A stretch of 64,000 nucleotides of DNA, taken from contig CDROCS010000321.1 of NCBI GenBank assembly GCA_977020255.1, forward strand, positions 1 through 64,000. The letters are read 5' to 3'. This stretch comes from Obrimoposthia wandeli (Eukaryota). A program made the position numbers and the translations under genes. The notes beneath the pieces are model-generated. The model worked only from the letters and a program-made list of their open reading frames with translations. It made no database searches and had not been told where the DNA came from. Each line of letters begins with the position of its first letter. Position 1 is the first letter of the stretch. Of this stretch, positions 49,872 through 64,000 are shown one piece after another.

Positions 49872-50898
49872 TTAGTGAGTCAATTCACCACCTTGTCATT
49901 TTCTTATAAATTACTTGTACAGTTTATTCGCTTGGTACGGAATTCTTGCTGATTGAGATAATGCTGATTTAGTTGGCTACCGCTTTCAGTGGTCATATCA
50001 AAGCCTGAGATAACCCCTACTTGTGCCAACGCATCGCCTGTCGCATAACCACCCATGTTTACTTTGCCTTTAATACACTGAGTCAGGTTCACAACAACGA
50101 TACCGCGTTGGTTCGCTGCTTCCAGTGCATTTAAGATATCTTCGCTTTGTGGTGCATTACCGACACCATAGCTAAGTAAGATGAGGGCTTTCACTGGTTG
50201 TAATAGAATGTTACTAATGACTTCCGTGGAGATACCAGGATAAAGCGTGACGATCGCAATTGGTTGCGGGGTAATGTTGCTCACGGTCAAGGTTTTTTCT
50301 ACGATAGGTTTTACGTCACCTAGCAGCACTTCGATATTAATACCGACTTTTAACAAGGTTTCGCAGTTTGGCGTTGCAAAAGCGCTGAAACCATCAGCAT
50401 CTGCCACTAGTACGTTCTGCTGTTTGCACATGTTAACTGATTATTAAAGAATAAACATACTTCGTGAACGGGGTAGTTTGCGGCAAGGTAAAGTGAGTTA
50501 AGCAAGTTACTTTGTCCGTCAGAACGAATTTCGGCCAGTGGGATTTGTGAACCTGTCACGATAACCGGTTTGCCAAGGTCTTCTAGCATGAATGCTAATG
50601 CTGATGCTGTATACGCCATGGTATCTGTACCATGTAAGATCACAAAACCATCGTATTTATCATAGTTGGTTTGGATATCTTCAGCAATTTTTTGCCAATC
50701 AGACGGTGCCATATTAGAAGAGTCGATTAACGGCGAATACTCATGAAGTGTGAAATCAGGCATTTCTTCGCGGTGGAATTCAGGTAGACGCGCTAAGCAA
50801 TCTGTCATGAATCCTTCCATCGGTACATAACCGTGCTCTGAATGTTGCATACCGATCGTGCCACCAGTATATGCAATGTAGATTGATTTCTTAGCCAT
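49872..50898 (-). pseudogene. ansA: L-asparaginase I, frameshifted as sequenced
   Basis: YIAYTGGTIGM, HGTDTMAY, VTGSQIP, SYGVGN, DMTTE. Frame broken near 50410-50435 and again near 49900-49985; the expected GELTH-stop lies out of frame at ~49872. Confidence 0.8.
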
Positions 50899-51120
50899 TA
50901 ATAAATTCCCTGTGCGTTTTTAAAGGGGATTATAGGCGTTCAATCAATTAATGGAATAGCTTACTGCTAAATTACTGAATAAAACTGCAATTAAATAGGA
51001 GGTGATAAGGGTGGGCACAATTGTGCGGTAAATCGGCAATTGCACGTTAATCTATATTATCACTATATAAATGAAAGTTACTCCTCGCCATTATTAGTGA
51101 TTAACTGTTTGCTCCTTGCA

Positions 51121-52968
51121 CTAAAGAAAACGTACATACAGGCCTTGTGGATCCGAATAGTTGTTAAGCTGTGCTGCTTGTTGGCTGATCGTTGCTAACC
51201 AGGTTGCCACATGTCCATCGGCGCTGATGTTCAGTTGTGTTAACACCTCAGTTGCGAGTGATTGCGTAAACATTGACAGTAAGCGTTCGCGTTCACTGCG
51301 CGGTGTTTGAATTAAGATTAATGAGTCACTTGCTACATCGGCTTTTTTGGCTGCTGCAGCAATGGCATCGTCAAGACTACCTAGGTTATCAACTAAGCCT
51401 AAACGCAATGCATCACTGCCAGTCCAAACACGGCCTTGGGCAATATCATCAACTTGTTCAGTGGTCATATCTCGTCCTTCAGCAACAACAGTTAAGAAGT
51501 TACTGTAGCCATTTTCAACGGTCATCTGAATGATTTTCGCCATATGCTCTGGTAATTTTCGATTGACAGAAAGGCCGGTGTAATCAGTTGTGCCCACACC
51601 ATCACTGTATATACCGAGTTTAGCCAGTAGCTTTTCCGTCGTTGCAAACATACCAAAAATACCAATTGAACCGGTAATCGTGGTCGGTTTTGCCCAAATT
51701 TCATCAGCGGCAGAGGCTATCCAATAACCACCCGATGCAGCGACGCTACCCATAGAAACAACAACCGGTTTGCCAGCCTGTTTAACTTCTAATAACGCCG
51801 TGCGGATCTGTTCAGACGCAAACGCGCTACCACCAGGGCTGTCGATACGTAGTACGAGTGCTTTAATCTGTTCATCATCTTTCGCTTCTAGCAGCAGCTT
51901 GCTTAGCGATTTACCACCAATTGCACCAGCAGGCTGATTGCCATCTAAGATTTGGCCGCTTGCGAAAATGATACCGACACCGGGTTTGTTAGCAAAACCT
52001 TGTTGTTGAAACTGTGTTGGTTGCTGGGCAAGGTAATCTAAGAATTCAACGTGGTCATATTGCTCTGACTCGCTGTTAAGCTTTTTAGCCAGATAACGCG
52101 ACATTTGTTCACGTGTCAATAATTCGTCCACTAGCTTTTGCTGTAAAGCATATTCGGCGATATTGCCATTGACCGATTGCAGGCGAGCAATAAATACGTC
52201 AGCTTTAGGGGCGACATCTTCCGCAATAATTGCACGGTTAGTGGCTACAATGCCGGTATAGGTATTCCAAAGTTGATTTAACCAGTTTAACTTGGCTTCT
52301 TTGCTCGCTGCCGACATATCGCTACGGGTAAAGGGTTCAACAAATGACTTATAAGTGCCGACACGAAACACGTGTGATGACAGGTTTAACTTATCTATAG
52401 CATCTTTGAAATATAGGCTGTAACTACCGTAACCTTGTAATAATACGCCGCCAGCGGGGTTAAGTAAGATCTCATCAGCGAATGATGCAAGGAAGTATTG
52501 CTCTTGGCTAAAGTAATCACCATAAGCATAAACTGGCTTATTACTCTTTTTAAATTCAACCAATGCATCAGCGATATCAGTGAGCTTGGTTAAACTTGCT
52601 GGTCTCAGCAGAGCAAGATCTAATATCAACGCGTTAATTTTATTGTCAGTTTTAGCATTGTTAATGACGGTAACAACATCTGAAATGGCTATTTCATTAA
52701 CGATATTTGAAGAGTCAACAAACTCACCAATAACTTGATCGAAGGGATCAACTAATTTTGGTTGATCAACCAAGATACCGTTTAAGTTAAGTACTAACGC
52801 GGCGTTATCAGCGAAGGCGACAGGTACTTCTTTTGTTTGTTGCAATGCAATAATAATGATTGCTATAAAAGCAATAAAAAACAGGTTCAAGATTAAATTA
52901 CGAGTGAACGTAATTGAACTGCCTATTTTTGAAAGGATGAATCCGAGTATTGAGAATAATTTTCTCAT
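51121..52968 (-). CDS. sppA: Signal peptide peptidase SppA (protease IV, 67K type)
   Basis: RVGTYKSFVEPF, LRIDSPGGSAFASE, SMGSVAASGGYWIA, TGSIGIFG, QGRVWTG; start taken at MRKLF. Confidence 0.95.
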   Translation of the reverse strand: MRKLFSILGFILSKIGSSITFTRNLILNLFFIAFIAIIIIALQQTKEVPVAFADNAALVLNLNGILVDQPKLVDPFDQVIGEFVDSSNIVNEIAISDVVTVINNAKTDNKINALILDLALLRPASLTKLTDIADALVEFKKSNKPVYAYGDYFSQEQYFLASFADEILLNPAGGVLLQGYGSYSLYFKDAIDKLNLSSHVFRVGTYKSFVEPFTRSDMSAASKEAKLNWLNQLWNTYTGIVATNRAIIAEDVAPKADVFIARLQSVNGNIAEYALQQKLVDELLTREQMSRYLAKKLNSESEQYDHVEFLDYLAQQPTQFQQQGFANKPGVGIIFASGQILDGNQPAGAIGGKSLSKLLLEAKDDEQIKALVLRIDSPGGSAFASEQIRTALLEVKQAGKPVVVSMGSVAASGGYWIASAADEIWAKPTTITGSIGIFGMFATTEKLLAKLGIYSDGVGTTDYTGLSVNRKLPEHMAKIIQMTVENGYSNFLTVVAEGRDMTTEQVDDIAQGRVWTGSDALRLGLVDNLGSLDDAIAAAAKKADVASDSLILIQTPRSERERLLSMFTQSLATEVLTQLNISADGHVATWLATISQQAAQLNNYSDPQGLYVRFL

Positions 52969-53266
52969 ATATATTCCTAGTAAATCCAATGGGATTAGAT
53001 CGTTATGGATGTTGTTTTGTGTATTAAGCCATAAATTTAGTTTAGATTAAAGCGCTTAGAACGCAGCACTGTGACAGTGTGTAGTGGATCTAGTTCTCAT
53101 TAATCATAAATAATATACAATTTAGCTTAGTTTAAACATGCCAAAATGTATTGTTAATGATTGAAATTCAACGAAATCATTAATTTATGCCTACACTTGT
53201 GCGCTATATAGATTAAAATAGCGTTTGAAATGAACGATTAAATTAATTACTCTAAATTATAAATAG

Positions 53267-55351
<2,085 letters not shown>

Positions 55352-55466
55352 TACTAATCTAATGCAATAACATTGCGCGTTATTGCTACAGTGTCGACTA
55401 TTCTTGTCGTGGCTGGCATTGATTGATGATTACGTGCACTTGTTACTATAAACAATTGTAATAGAT

Positions 55467-55492
55467 AGCCCATATTATGTATGGGCTTTTTT
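55467..55492 (+). terminator. Intrinsic terminator
   Basis: agcccat-attatgt-atgggct followed by a T-run. Confidence 0.65.
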
Positions 55493-55574
55493 GATCTTAA
55501 TAAATTTATCACTTGATATTTTATGGGCTACATTTAATACTTTAGCTATCACTCATTGTTCAAAGTAGTAAGTA

Positions 55575-56129
55575 ATGAACGCAATTGACCTATTAATAAA
55601 TCGCCATTCTTGTAATCAGCTTTCAGCCCCAGCCCCGAGTGGTGTGGCATTGGATAATATTATTCATGCTGGATTACGTGCACCTGATCACGGCGGCTTA
55701 ACCCCTTGGCGTTTTATTATTACCGAAGGTGAAGGTTTAAATACCTTATCGCGCTATTTCAAAGATGCTGCGTTTAACCTTGGCAAAGCAGAAAAAGATG
55801 TATTAAAGGCGGCGAATGCCCCGTTTCGAGCACCACAAATTATTACTGTTATTGCAAGAATAGAAGCGCACCCGAAGATTCCTGAATCAGAACAATTGAT
55901 GTCAGCGGGTTGTGTGGTCATGGCCATGCAAATGGCAGCACAAGCTCAAGGATTTAATGGTATTTGGCGAACGGGTTGGTTTGCTTACAATGATCATGTA
56001 AAACAAAAGCTTGAGCTTGAAGATAAAGATGAAATTGTGGGCTTTTTATATTTAGGTACACCGGATGTATCTTGCAAGAAAATTCGTCAGCTAGACACCG
56101 AAAATTTTGTAACGCGCATGGATAGCTAA
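55575..56129 (+). CDS. ydjA: Nitroreductase family protein (YdjA-like)
   Basis: RAPDHGGLTPWRF, AQAQGFNGIWRTG, VGFLYLGT. Confidence 0.88.
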   Translation: MNAIDLLINRHSCNQLSAPAPSGVALDNIIHAGLRAPDHGGLTPWRFIITEGEGLNTLSRYFKDAAFNLGKAEKDVLKAANAPFRAPQIITVIARIEAHPKIPESEQLMSAGCVVMAMQMAAQAQGFNGIWRTGWFAYNDHVKQKLELEDKDEIVGFLYLGTPDVSCKKIRQLDTENFVTRMDS

Positions 56130-56159
56130 CGCTTTGCACGCGAATAGAGAGTAAGAATT

Positions 56160-56696
56160 ATGATGGCAACACAATATCCCAAAGGACATTTACTCAGTGT
56201 ACAATTTCCACTTTACCATCATGTTGGTATCTCGGATGGGTGTGGCCATGTTTTTGAGAACTCGAGAGCCCGTGCTGGTCGTGGTTTAGTGAGTTTACAA
56301 GATTTCTCTGATGACAAAGACATTATTGACCATGGTTTTTTACCCGGTAGTTTACCTGCCGAGGATATCATCGAAAATGCAGCGCAACTCGTCGCAGACA
56401 AAAAACGTTATCACTTGTTGAAAAATAACTGTGAGCATTTTGTCCATGAAGTATGCGGCGTCAAAGTAACCAGCCCGCAGTTACGACGCGCGTTAATTCT
56501 AATTTCAGCGATATTAGTCAATCACTATACTAGTGGGCGATTTCGTGCTGCTTTACTGTGGAGCATTGCGTCGCAATTATCACATTTAAATGCAGCGACC
56601 TTGTCTTGGTGGAAGCATGCTATTTTTACCTCTGCAGGGTTTTGGTTAGTATTTTTAAATAATACTAATCAAGATGTTGAAGATGAAAACCTGTAA
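56160..56696 (+). CDS. LRAT-family (permuted NlpC/P60) acyltransferase/phospholipase-like protein
   Basis: YHHVGISDG and YHLLKNNCEHF motifs; hydrophobic C-terminus. Confidence 0.75.
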   Translation: MMATQYPKGHLLSVQFPLYHHVGISDGCGHVFENSRARAGRGLVSLQDFSDDKDIIDHGFLPGSLPAEDIIENAAQLVADKKRYHLLKNNCEHFVHEVCGVKVTSPQLRRALILISAILVNHYTSGRFRAALLWSIASQLSHLNAATLSWWKHAIFTSAGFWLVFLNNTNQDVEDENL

Positions 56697-56834
56697 TTAA
56701 TACCTCTTAATATCCCATTTCTCTTCTTCTATAGCGCTTCTTGGTTTAGTAAGCGCTTTCTAGTTATTTTCCCTATAATAGCGGCTATTAGATTAACAAC
56801 TCGCCAACGTTGTCATGAGCGAGTGGAGTGAATT

Positions 56835-57131
56835 ATGGGTAATATTGAAATATTTCGTGATCATAGTTTGCCGCATCATCAGATTATTAGTATCGCAGAT
56901 AAAGTAATGGTTGATATAGCAGCAGAATATGACCTTAAATTAGAATGGCAGGGTGATAAACTTCACATTCAGCATGCGCATACTAGAGGATACTTACATG
57001 CAGACGCAGAGAGTATCAGAATCAAATTGAAATTAGGGATCCTGCTGTTTCCAGTTAGTTTTGTATTAAAGCAAAGCATTGAAGAAACGCTGGATGAACT
57101 GCTACCAAGTGCAGCATGTTCATATAGATAA
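56835..57131 (+). CDS. Polyhydroxyalkanoic-acid-system (PHA_gran_rgn-like) protein
   Basis: IEIFRDHSL...W.GD.L......G.L......I..KLG.LL pattern; 98 aa. Confidence 0.65.
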   Translation: MGNIEIFRDHSLPHHQIISIADKVMVDIAAEYDLKLEWQGDKLHIQHAHTRGYLHADAESIRIKLKLGILLFPVSFVLKQSIEETLDELLPSAACSYR

Positions 57132-57153
57132 AGTACGATTAAGGCTTGATATT

Positions 57154-58548
57154 ATGGAACAATTATCACTGGTTGAAACCTCATTTTTATTAAGTGAGAG
57201 TACTGCAAGTCCGAAACATTTTTCAGGGTTGCAAATTTTTGAGCCGCCAAAGGATTATGTTGGTAATTTTGCGCGCGATCTTTTCCAAAAGTTAATCATG
57301 GATCCCGCTGTAGCGACCCCTTTTAACTTTAAATTGAAGAAAAGCTTCGGTGGTTTGTATTATTGGGTACATGACAGCCAGTTTGATTTTAACTATCATA
57401 TTCGCATGTCTATGCTACCCGGCGAAGGTTCTGATGAACAGTTACGTGATTTAGTTGAACGTTTACATTCTCATTTAATCGATAGAACGCGTCCGTTATG
57501 GGAAGTGTATTTGATTGAAGGTTTATCTGAAGGGCGCTTTGCTATTTTCACTAAAATTCATTATGCGATGGCTGATGGTAAAATGGCAAACAGTTGGTTG
57601 TCAGGGTATTTACAAAGTGATCAGTCGGTTAATGATTATCGTCCATTTTGGCAGATCCCATCATTTCGTCCTGGTTATAAAGAGTCTGCGGGCGTCATTG
57701 AAAATGTATTGTCGACGTACATGAGTGGTTTAAAACAGCTTAAATCTGTTCCTGGTCTTGTTCAACTAGGGGCTCGAATGGGGCTTAAATTCCTAAATTT
57801 ACGTGATAAAGGACCAGCATTACCCTTTTGTGCTCCGAGGACCCCATTTTCGGTACCCGCAACGCGCTCCCGAATTGTTTCTTTTGGTCGCTTGCCGTTT
57901 GAAAAAATGCGTTCAATTAGTAAGATAACGGGTGTCACTTTAAATGATGTGATTTTATGCTGTGTTGATATTGGCCTGAATCGTTATCTGAAAGAAAAAG
58001 GTATTTTATTACGTAAGCCATTAGTTGCGCAGGTGCCAGTGCGTATCGGTAACGGTCGTCGGAATGCACTCACCGGTGTCGAACTCGGTAATGTTGATGC
58101 AGATCCTTTAGAACATTTAGAAACAATTTTTAAACGTACGAGTAGCGTTAAAGAAGATTTGTTTAGTTTACCGGCAGAATCGGTGGTTAATTTTTCATTA
58201 TTGCTGCAAGCAACTGCGTCAATCTCTGAATGGTTAGGGATCTCGAAGTTCTTACCGCCACTGGGTTCTGTGATTGTATCTAACGTGCGTGGGCAGCAAG
58301 ACTTTGCTTACCTTGCGGGTGCGAAGCTGACCGAAGTTTATCCTGTCTCAGTACTCTCTGCTGGTACAGCATTAAATATTACCTTGTACAGTTATCACGA
58401 AGAAGTATTTTTCGGCTTAGTAGGCTGTAAAAATGAAATGCCTGATTTAGATATACTATCTCGTCATGTCGAGGCCGCTTGTGAAATCCTCTCCAATGAC
58501 ATTTTGGATAATGCGAAACAACATTCAGTACTCATCTCTTCACGTTAA
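57154..58548 (+). CDS. Wax ester synthase/diacylglycerol acyltransferase (WS/DGAT) family protein
   Basis: FLLSESTASPKHFSGL, LIDRTRPLWEVYLIEGL, KIHYAMADG, TLNDV, SNVRG, ALNITLYSY; start taken at MEQLSL. Confidence 0.85.
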   Translation: MEQLSLVETSFLLSESTASPKHFSGLQIFEPPKDYVGNFARDLFQKLIMDPAVATPFNFKLKKSFGGLYYWVHDSQFDFNYHIRMSMLPGEGSDEQLRDLVERLHSHLIDRTRPLWEVYLIEGLSEGRFAIFTKIHYAMADGKMANSWLSGYLQSDQSVNDYRPFWQIPSFRPGYKESAGVIENVLSTYMSGLKQLKSVPGLVQLGARMGLKFLNLRDKGPALPFCAPRTPFSVPATRSRIVSFGRLPFEKMRSISKITGVTLNDVILCCVDIGLNRYLKEKGILLRKPLVAQVPVRIGNGRRNALTGVELGNVDADPLEHLETIFKRTSSVKEDLFSLPAESVVNFSLLLQATASISEWLGISKFLPPLGSVIVSNVRGQQDFAYLAGAKLTEVYPVSVLSAGTALNITLYSYHEEVFFGLVGCKNEMPDLDILSRHVEAACEILSNDILDNAKQHSVLISSR

Positions 58549-58551
58549 ACT

Positions 58552-58579
58552 AAAGGTGGTGGCTTAAGCTGCCGCCTTT
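58552..58579 (+). terminator. Putative intrinsic terminator
   Basis: aaaggtggtggc-ttaa-gctgccgccttt. Confidence 0.5.
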
Positions 58580-58740
58580 GTCTTCTGACTATTTCATGCT
58601 ACCTTTGATAGGTTACACATTTGTTACATCAAAATAGCTTGAAAATTTGAACATCAGTGTTAGTTTTATTTCTTAAGGCAAGGGCCTGATTTGTATTACT
58701 CGCATTTCTGCTATAAGTATAAATATATTTTGAGGTTATT

Positions 58741-59652
58741 TTGATTAGTTGGCAAGCCAAAGCGCTGAATTTATTTTTGAAACAAACAGTAAAACGCTCG
58801 ATTGAGAATACCAAAGATGCAAATAAGCTGCGCTTTCAGATGCGTGCACTCGATAAATTCACATTTGGTATTAGTTCTAAAATAGAACGTACTCAATCTA
58901 TGCGTGAAGGTATCTTGTGTGATGAGATAAAACTAAAATTTTCCAACAGTAAGACCAAATTACTGTATTTACATGGCGGTGCATTTGTATTTAAAACACC
59001 GGCTATGCATAACAATTTCATTGCGCGTTTAGCTGAGCCATTAGATTTACATGCTATTGTACCCGATTATCCACTCGCACCAGAAAACCCTTTTCCTGCG
59101 GCGCTTGATTGTTGTTATATTATTTATAAGTCATTACTCGACTCTGGTACTGCGCCTGAAGATATAATCGTGGCGGGTGACTCCGCGGGTGGGAATTTGG
59201 TTTTAGCGTTATTACATAGAGCGAAACGCGATGGCCTGCCTATGCCACAATGTGGTGTATTATTATCACCTAATGCTGATATGACTCAAAGTGGTCTGTC
59301 TGCTGTTGAGAATCGTTATAGTGATGCACTGTTTAGTTTGGAAGTGATGTTACATTGCCGAAACCTGTATCTAGAAGGCGGTAATAACGATTTGCATAAT
59401 GATGAGATATCGCCACTGTTTGGTGACTTTACAGGATTTCCGCCATTTATGTTCCATGCTGGTAGTACTGAGTTAATGCGCGATGATTCAACGCGGCTAG
59501 CGGAGTTTATGCAGGCCAAAGGTGTCGATGCTCATGTACAAATATGGCGTGAGATGCCGCATGTGTTTCCGTTATTTGAACAGCTTCCAGAAAGTAAAGC
59601 TGCACTGATTCAAATTGTCGACTTTATAAATAAACATCAAAACAAGTCTTAA
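58741..59652 (+). CDS. HSL-family alpha/beta esterase
   Basis: LHGGAF, DYPLAPENPFPA, AGDSAGGNL, HVF. Confidence 0.9.
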   Translation: MISWQAKALNLFLKQTVKRSIENTKDANKLRFQMRALDKFTFGISSKIERTQSMREGILCDEIKLKFSNSKTKLLYLHGGAFVFKTPAMHNNFIARLAEPLDLHAIVPDYPLAPENPFPAALDCCYIIYKSLLDSGTAPEDIIVAGDSAGGNLVLALLHRAKRDGLPMPQCGVLLSPNADMTQSGLSAVENRYSDALFSLEVMLHCRNLYLEGGNNDLHNDEISPLFGDFTGFPPFMFHAGSTELMRDDSTRLAEFMQAKGVDAHVQIWREMPHVFPLFEQLPESKAALIQIVDFINKHQNKS

Positions 59653-59907
59653 ACAGGTTTGTTTATAATACTTACTCAATTTCGATCTAATACCTACGGG
59701 TTTTCATAAGTATCATAATTGAAATGACCATTTTATGGTGTTGATTATAATTAAAGTGGTGGAAATTGAAGTTAATTCATAAAGAAACATAAATAATTAT
59801 ATAAAATATGTCATCTTCGGAAATTTTTCTGAATATGATATATGTCTGTTTATAAAATTCTTTATTATAGTCGCATACACCAAGCGAAGCACAATACAGA
59901 GGCTATA

Positions 59908-60057
59908 ATGAACAAAGAACAAGTATTACAAACAATTGAATTATTAAAAGAAAGTCACTCTTTAACGGACGTAACTAAGATTGCTAAAATCAATGTTATG
60001 TACGTCAGTGTGATTCGTAAATTGATGGTAATGAACTTGATCGATATTGACGGTTAA
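59908..60057 (+). CDS. Small hypothetical protein (49 aa)
   Basis: AGAGG RBS, ATG at 59908, followed by a hairpin terminator; 3' end duplicated at 62671-62716. Confidence 0.7.
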   Translation: MNKEQVLQTIELLKESHSLTDVTKIAKINVMYVSVIRKLMVMNLIDIDG

Positions 60058-60062
60058 TAGCC

Positions 60063-60089
60063 GAAATGTCCCGTATAGCGGGACATTTC
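60063..60089. terminator. Intrinsic terminator
   Basis: gaaatgtccc-gtatagc-gggacatttc. Confidence 0.75.
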
Positions 60090-60813
60090 TATCTTGTTAT
60101 TTTATATCCGCAATAATTACTTCAGCATTACCCGCCACTAAAGCCCCATATCGATGTCAATTTTAATTCAGTTCTCACAGGCCAGTATCAGATAATGTAC
60201 TCGCTGCAGCCGGTAGCAACACTTTATCGATCGCATGAATAATTCCATTAGATGCATCAACATCCGCGACAATCACTTTTGATGTATTGATGTAAAGATC
60301 TGGATCAGTATATGAAATAGCAAGATCTTGTGCGGCGTAAAGTGGTGTTGTGGTATTTCCCGATAACCCAATTGCAGTCATTGCGTCCACTTCTGAATCC
60401 AGAACGTGATACAGGAGGATATCCGCTAAATTAGTTAATGCTAAGATATCTGCAGCGCTATTAAACGCATCATTAGTCGCGATTAACTGTGCGAATGCAT
60501 CATCTGTTGGCGCAAAAACGGTCAGATCAGGTGTTGTCGCTAACGTGTTTGCAAGTCCTGCTTCAACGACGGCGGCTACTAATGTGTTAAACCGTCCGTC
60601 TGCTTGGGCTGTTTCAACAACATTGAAATAAGAGGGTGGTATTAACACTTTATCTATTGCATGAATGATGCCGTTATCAGCAATCACATTCTGGATTACG
60701 ACTTTAGATCGATTGACGAAAAGGTCTTGTCCAACGAGCGTTACTTCAATGTTTGAGGTTTCAACTGTACGTGTGGAGTTATCCATCATACCTGCGAGTG
60801 CTATTTGAAGTGG

Positions 60814-62030
<1,217 letters not shown>

Positions 62031-62577
62031 CTAGTTAGGTGGCCAAAATCACTCTACCACTTCAATTGCGGCAGTTGCATCTACAGAGCCTTGTAGTACG
62101 TGATAAGTGAGTATGTCTGCTAAATCTGTACGGGCTAAAAATTCTGCTGGGGTTACACCAAGCGCTAAAAACAATTCATTGAATGCTGCATCTGTTGGGG
62201 CGAATACCGTAAACTCGCCGCCGCTTAGTGTTGCACCCAGTCCAGCTGCATCGACAGCTGCGTAGAGTGTATCAAAATTGCTATTACAGTCGGCAATTTC
62301 AGCTATGTTACCGCTACAACTGAGCGCGCTAATATCGTTATCATTATCGTCATTACATGCAGTGAGGAATAAGGTTGAACTGGTAAATAGCACGAGGGTA
62401 GATGCTTTTGCCCAAGATAAATAATTTGAATTTCTAGTAGACATGATTGTTACCTTCCATATTATTTAGTTTTGTTTATATGACTCATTTAGCGGTCAGT
62501 AGCCTGAAGCTAAGTAAGTCGTAATGTCAGTATCAAAACTTAATACGGCGAGCTAATCACTTAAGATCACTTTATTG

Positions 62578-62715
62578 ATGTTATATTTTAAATATCACTC
62601 TGTTTATGGTTATTTATGCTTAAATTACGTAACAAAACTGGCTGATATCAACGTGATGTATGTAATCGTCATTCGTAAATTGATGGTAATGAACTTGATC
62701 GATATTGACGGTTAA
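62578..62715 (+). pseudogene. Paralog or remnant of the 59908-60057 small ORF (45 aa)
   Basis: VTKLADINVMYVIVIRKLMVMNLIDIDG versus VTKIAKINVMYVSVIRKLMVMNLIDIDG; the N-terminus differs. Confidence 0.55.
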
Positions 62716-62798
62716 TCGCTATCGCGTTTAACTTACTGCTGCGTGGTTGATTGTTGGTGCGATAAGCGTTGAACAAGCATTACAGTAAAATAACAGTC

Positions 62799-62842
62799 AA
62801 AAAAAGGCTGGTAAGATAAATAATTATCTCACCAGCCTTTTT
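62799..62842 (-). terminator. Intrinsic terminator of asnS
   Basis: aaaaaaaggctggt...accagccttttt. Confidence 0.8.
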
Positions 62843-62901
62843 GTTTTAAGCTACGTTTTTAAGTTAGACATAGATGCTAAATTAAAAAATAAATGCTTAA
62901 A

Positions 62902-64000
62902 TTAGAATTCCGCTGTGCGAGGTGCACGTGGGAAAGGAATTACGTCACGGATATTTTGCATACCAGTTACATAAGACACTAAACGTTCGAAGCCTAGACC
63001 AAAACCAGAATGTGGCACTGTACCAAAACGACGTAGGTCGCGGTACCACCAGTAATCTTCTTTGTTTAGACCCATTTCTTCCATACGCTTATCAAGCATA
63101 TCTAAACGTTCTTCACGTTGACTACCGCCGATGATTTCGCCGATGCCTGGTGCAAGTACGTCCATTGCTGCAACTGTTTTACCGTCTTCATTCATACGCA
63201 TGTAGAATGATTTAATATCTTTCGGGTAGTTTTTAACAACAACAGGTGCTTTGAAGTGTACTTCAGCAAGGTAACGTTCGTGCTCAGAAGACATATCGAT
63301 ACCCCAAGAAACTGGGAATTCGAATTCTTGACCACATTCTTCTAAGATCTTAATTGCGTCAGTGTAATCAATTTGCGCAAAGTCAGATTCTACAAAGCTT
63401 TCTAAACGCGAAATCGCTTCTTTGTTGATACGTTGTGCAAAGAACTGCATGTCATCCATACGCTCTTCTAGTACTGCTTTAAAGCAATATTTAAGCATAT
63501 CTTCAGCTAGTTTTGCCGCATCGTCTAAATCAGCAAACGCAATCTCAGGTTCAACCATCCAGAATTCTGCAAGGTGACGCGTTGTGTTTGAGTTTTCAGC
63601 ACGGAACGTTGGGCCGAAAGTATAAACTTTACCAATCGCACAAGCATAAGTTTCAGCGTTAAGCTGACCAGATACTGTTAGGAAAGTCTCTTTACCAAAG
63701 AAATCTTCTTTGTAATCAACTTCACCTTTATCAGTTAAAGGCAGGTTATTCATATCCAGTGTACTTACACGGAACATTTCACCAGCACCTTCACAATCAC
63801 TACCTGTGATAAGCGGTGTGCTTAACCAGTTATAACCATTTTCATGGTAAAAACGGTGAATAGCTTGTGATAAACAGTTACGAACACGCATAACCGCACC
63901 CATAACGTTAGTACGGCCACGTAGGTGAGCGTGTTCACGAAGGTACTCGATGCTGTGACGTTTAGCTGACATTGGGTAAGTGTCTGGGTCTTCTACTAAA
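62902..64000 (-). CDS. asnS: Asparagine--tRNA ligase (5' end outside the window)
   Basis: [51 protein letters not shown]; the frame stays open to the window edge. Confidence 0.97.
   Translation of the reverse strand, partial: LVEDPDTYPMSAKRHSIEYLREHAHLRGRTNVMGAVMRVRNCLSQAIHRFYHENGYNWLSTPLITGSDCEGAGEMFRVSTLDMNNLPLTDKGEVDYKEDFFGKETFLTVSGQLNAETYACAIGKVYTFGPTFRAENSNTTRHLAEFWMVEPEIAFADLDDAAKLAEDMLKYCFKAVLEERMDDMQFFAQRINKEAISRLESFVESDFAQIDYTDAIKILEECGQEFEFPVSWGIDMSSEHERYLAEVHFKAPVVVKNYPKDIKSFYMRMNEDGKTVAAMDVLAPGIGEIIGGSQREERLDMLDKRMEEMGLNKEDYWWYRDLRRFGTVPHSGFGLGFERLVSYVTGMQNIRDVIPFPRAPRTAEF

Noticed and set aside
53213-53229. Imperfect palindrome TTAAAATAGCGTTTGAA upstream of fadH as a PsrA/FadR-type operator
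   Set aside because: Three mismatches in one arm within AT-rich DNA; cannot be supported without a weight-matrix scan.
57079-57153. Longer start of WS/DGAT overlapping the upstream gene
   Set aside because: It overlaps the 56835-57131 ORF; family similarity begins at MEQLSLVE.

Overview
AT-rich gammaproteobacterial chromosomal DNA; a marine, Moritella-like host is my guess from gene content only. Bases ~1.4-22.4 kb are a decaying integron-type cassette array with no intI in the window. It carries catB, CbrC, VOC, DUF1304 and nuclease-like cassettes. The array is repeatedly invaded by a ~2.29-kb element encoding a tyrosine recombinase plus an IS91-family HUH transposase: one intact copy, one deleted copy and at least six remnants. 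Where junctions are readable, the element sits immediately after the AAC of an attC R'' box. Its right end (GTTCAAC) rebuilds the host R'' box, its left end supplies a 55-bp attC-like hairpin, and its predicted circle junction is a perfectly paired attC-like site. This is the most interesting signal in the window. A 9-kb block inside the array carries a single-module indigoidine synthetase (IndC/BpsA type) plus a 4-OT-like gene, and a TerD-restriction-nuclease fusion precedes the array. The rest (22.5-64 kb) is mostly ordinary chromosome: GST, PhzF, rlpA, GGDEF, fadD, purT, pepT, DUF748, punR/punC, ansA, sppA, fadH and asnS. It also has a lipid-storage-like cluster whose WS/DGAT has an altered catalytic motif, and an IS3 element interrupting a fasciclin lipoprotein. 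All calls are by eye, with no database searches.
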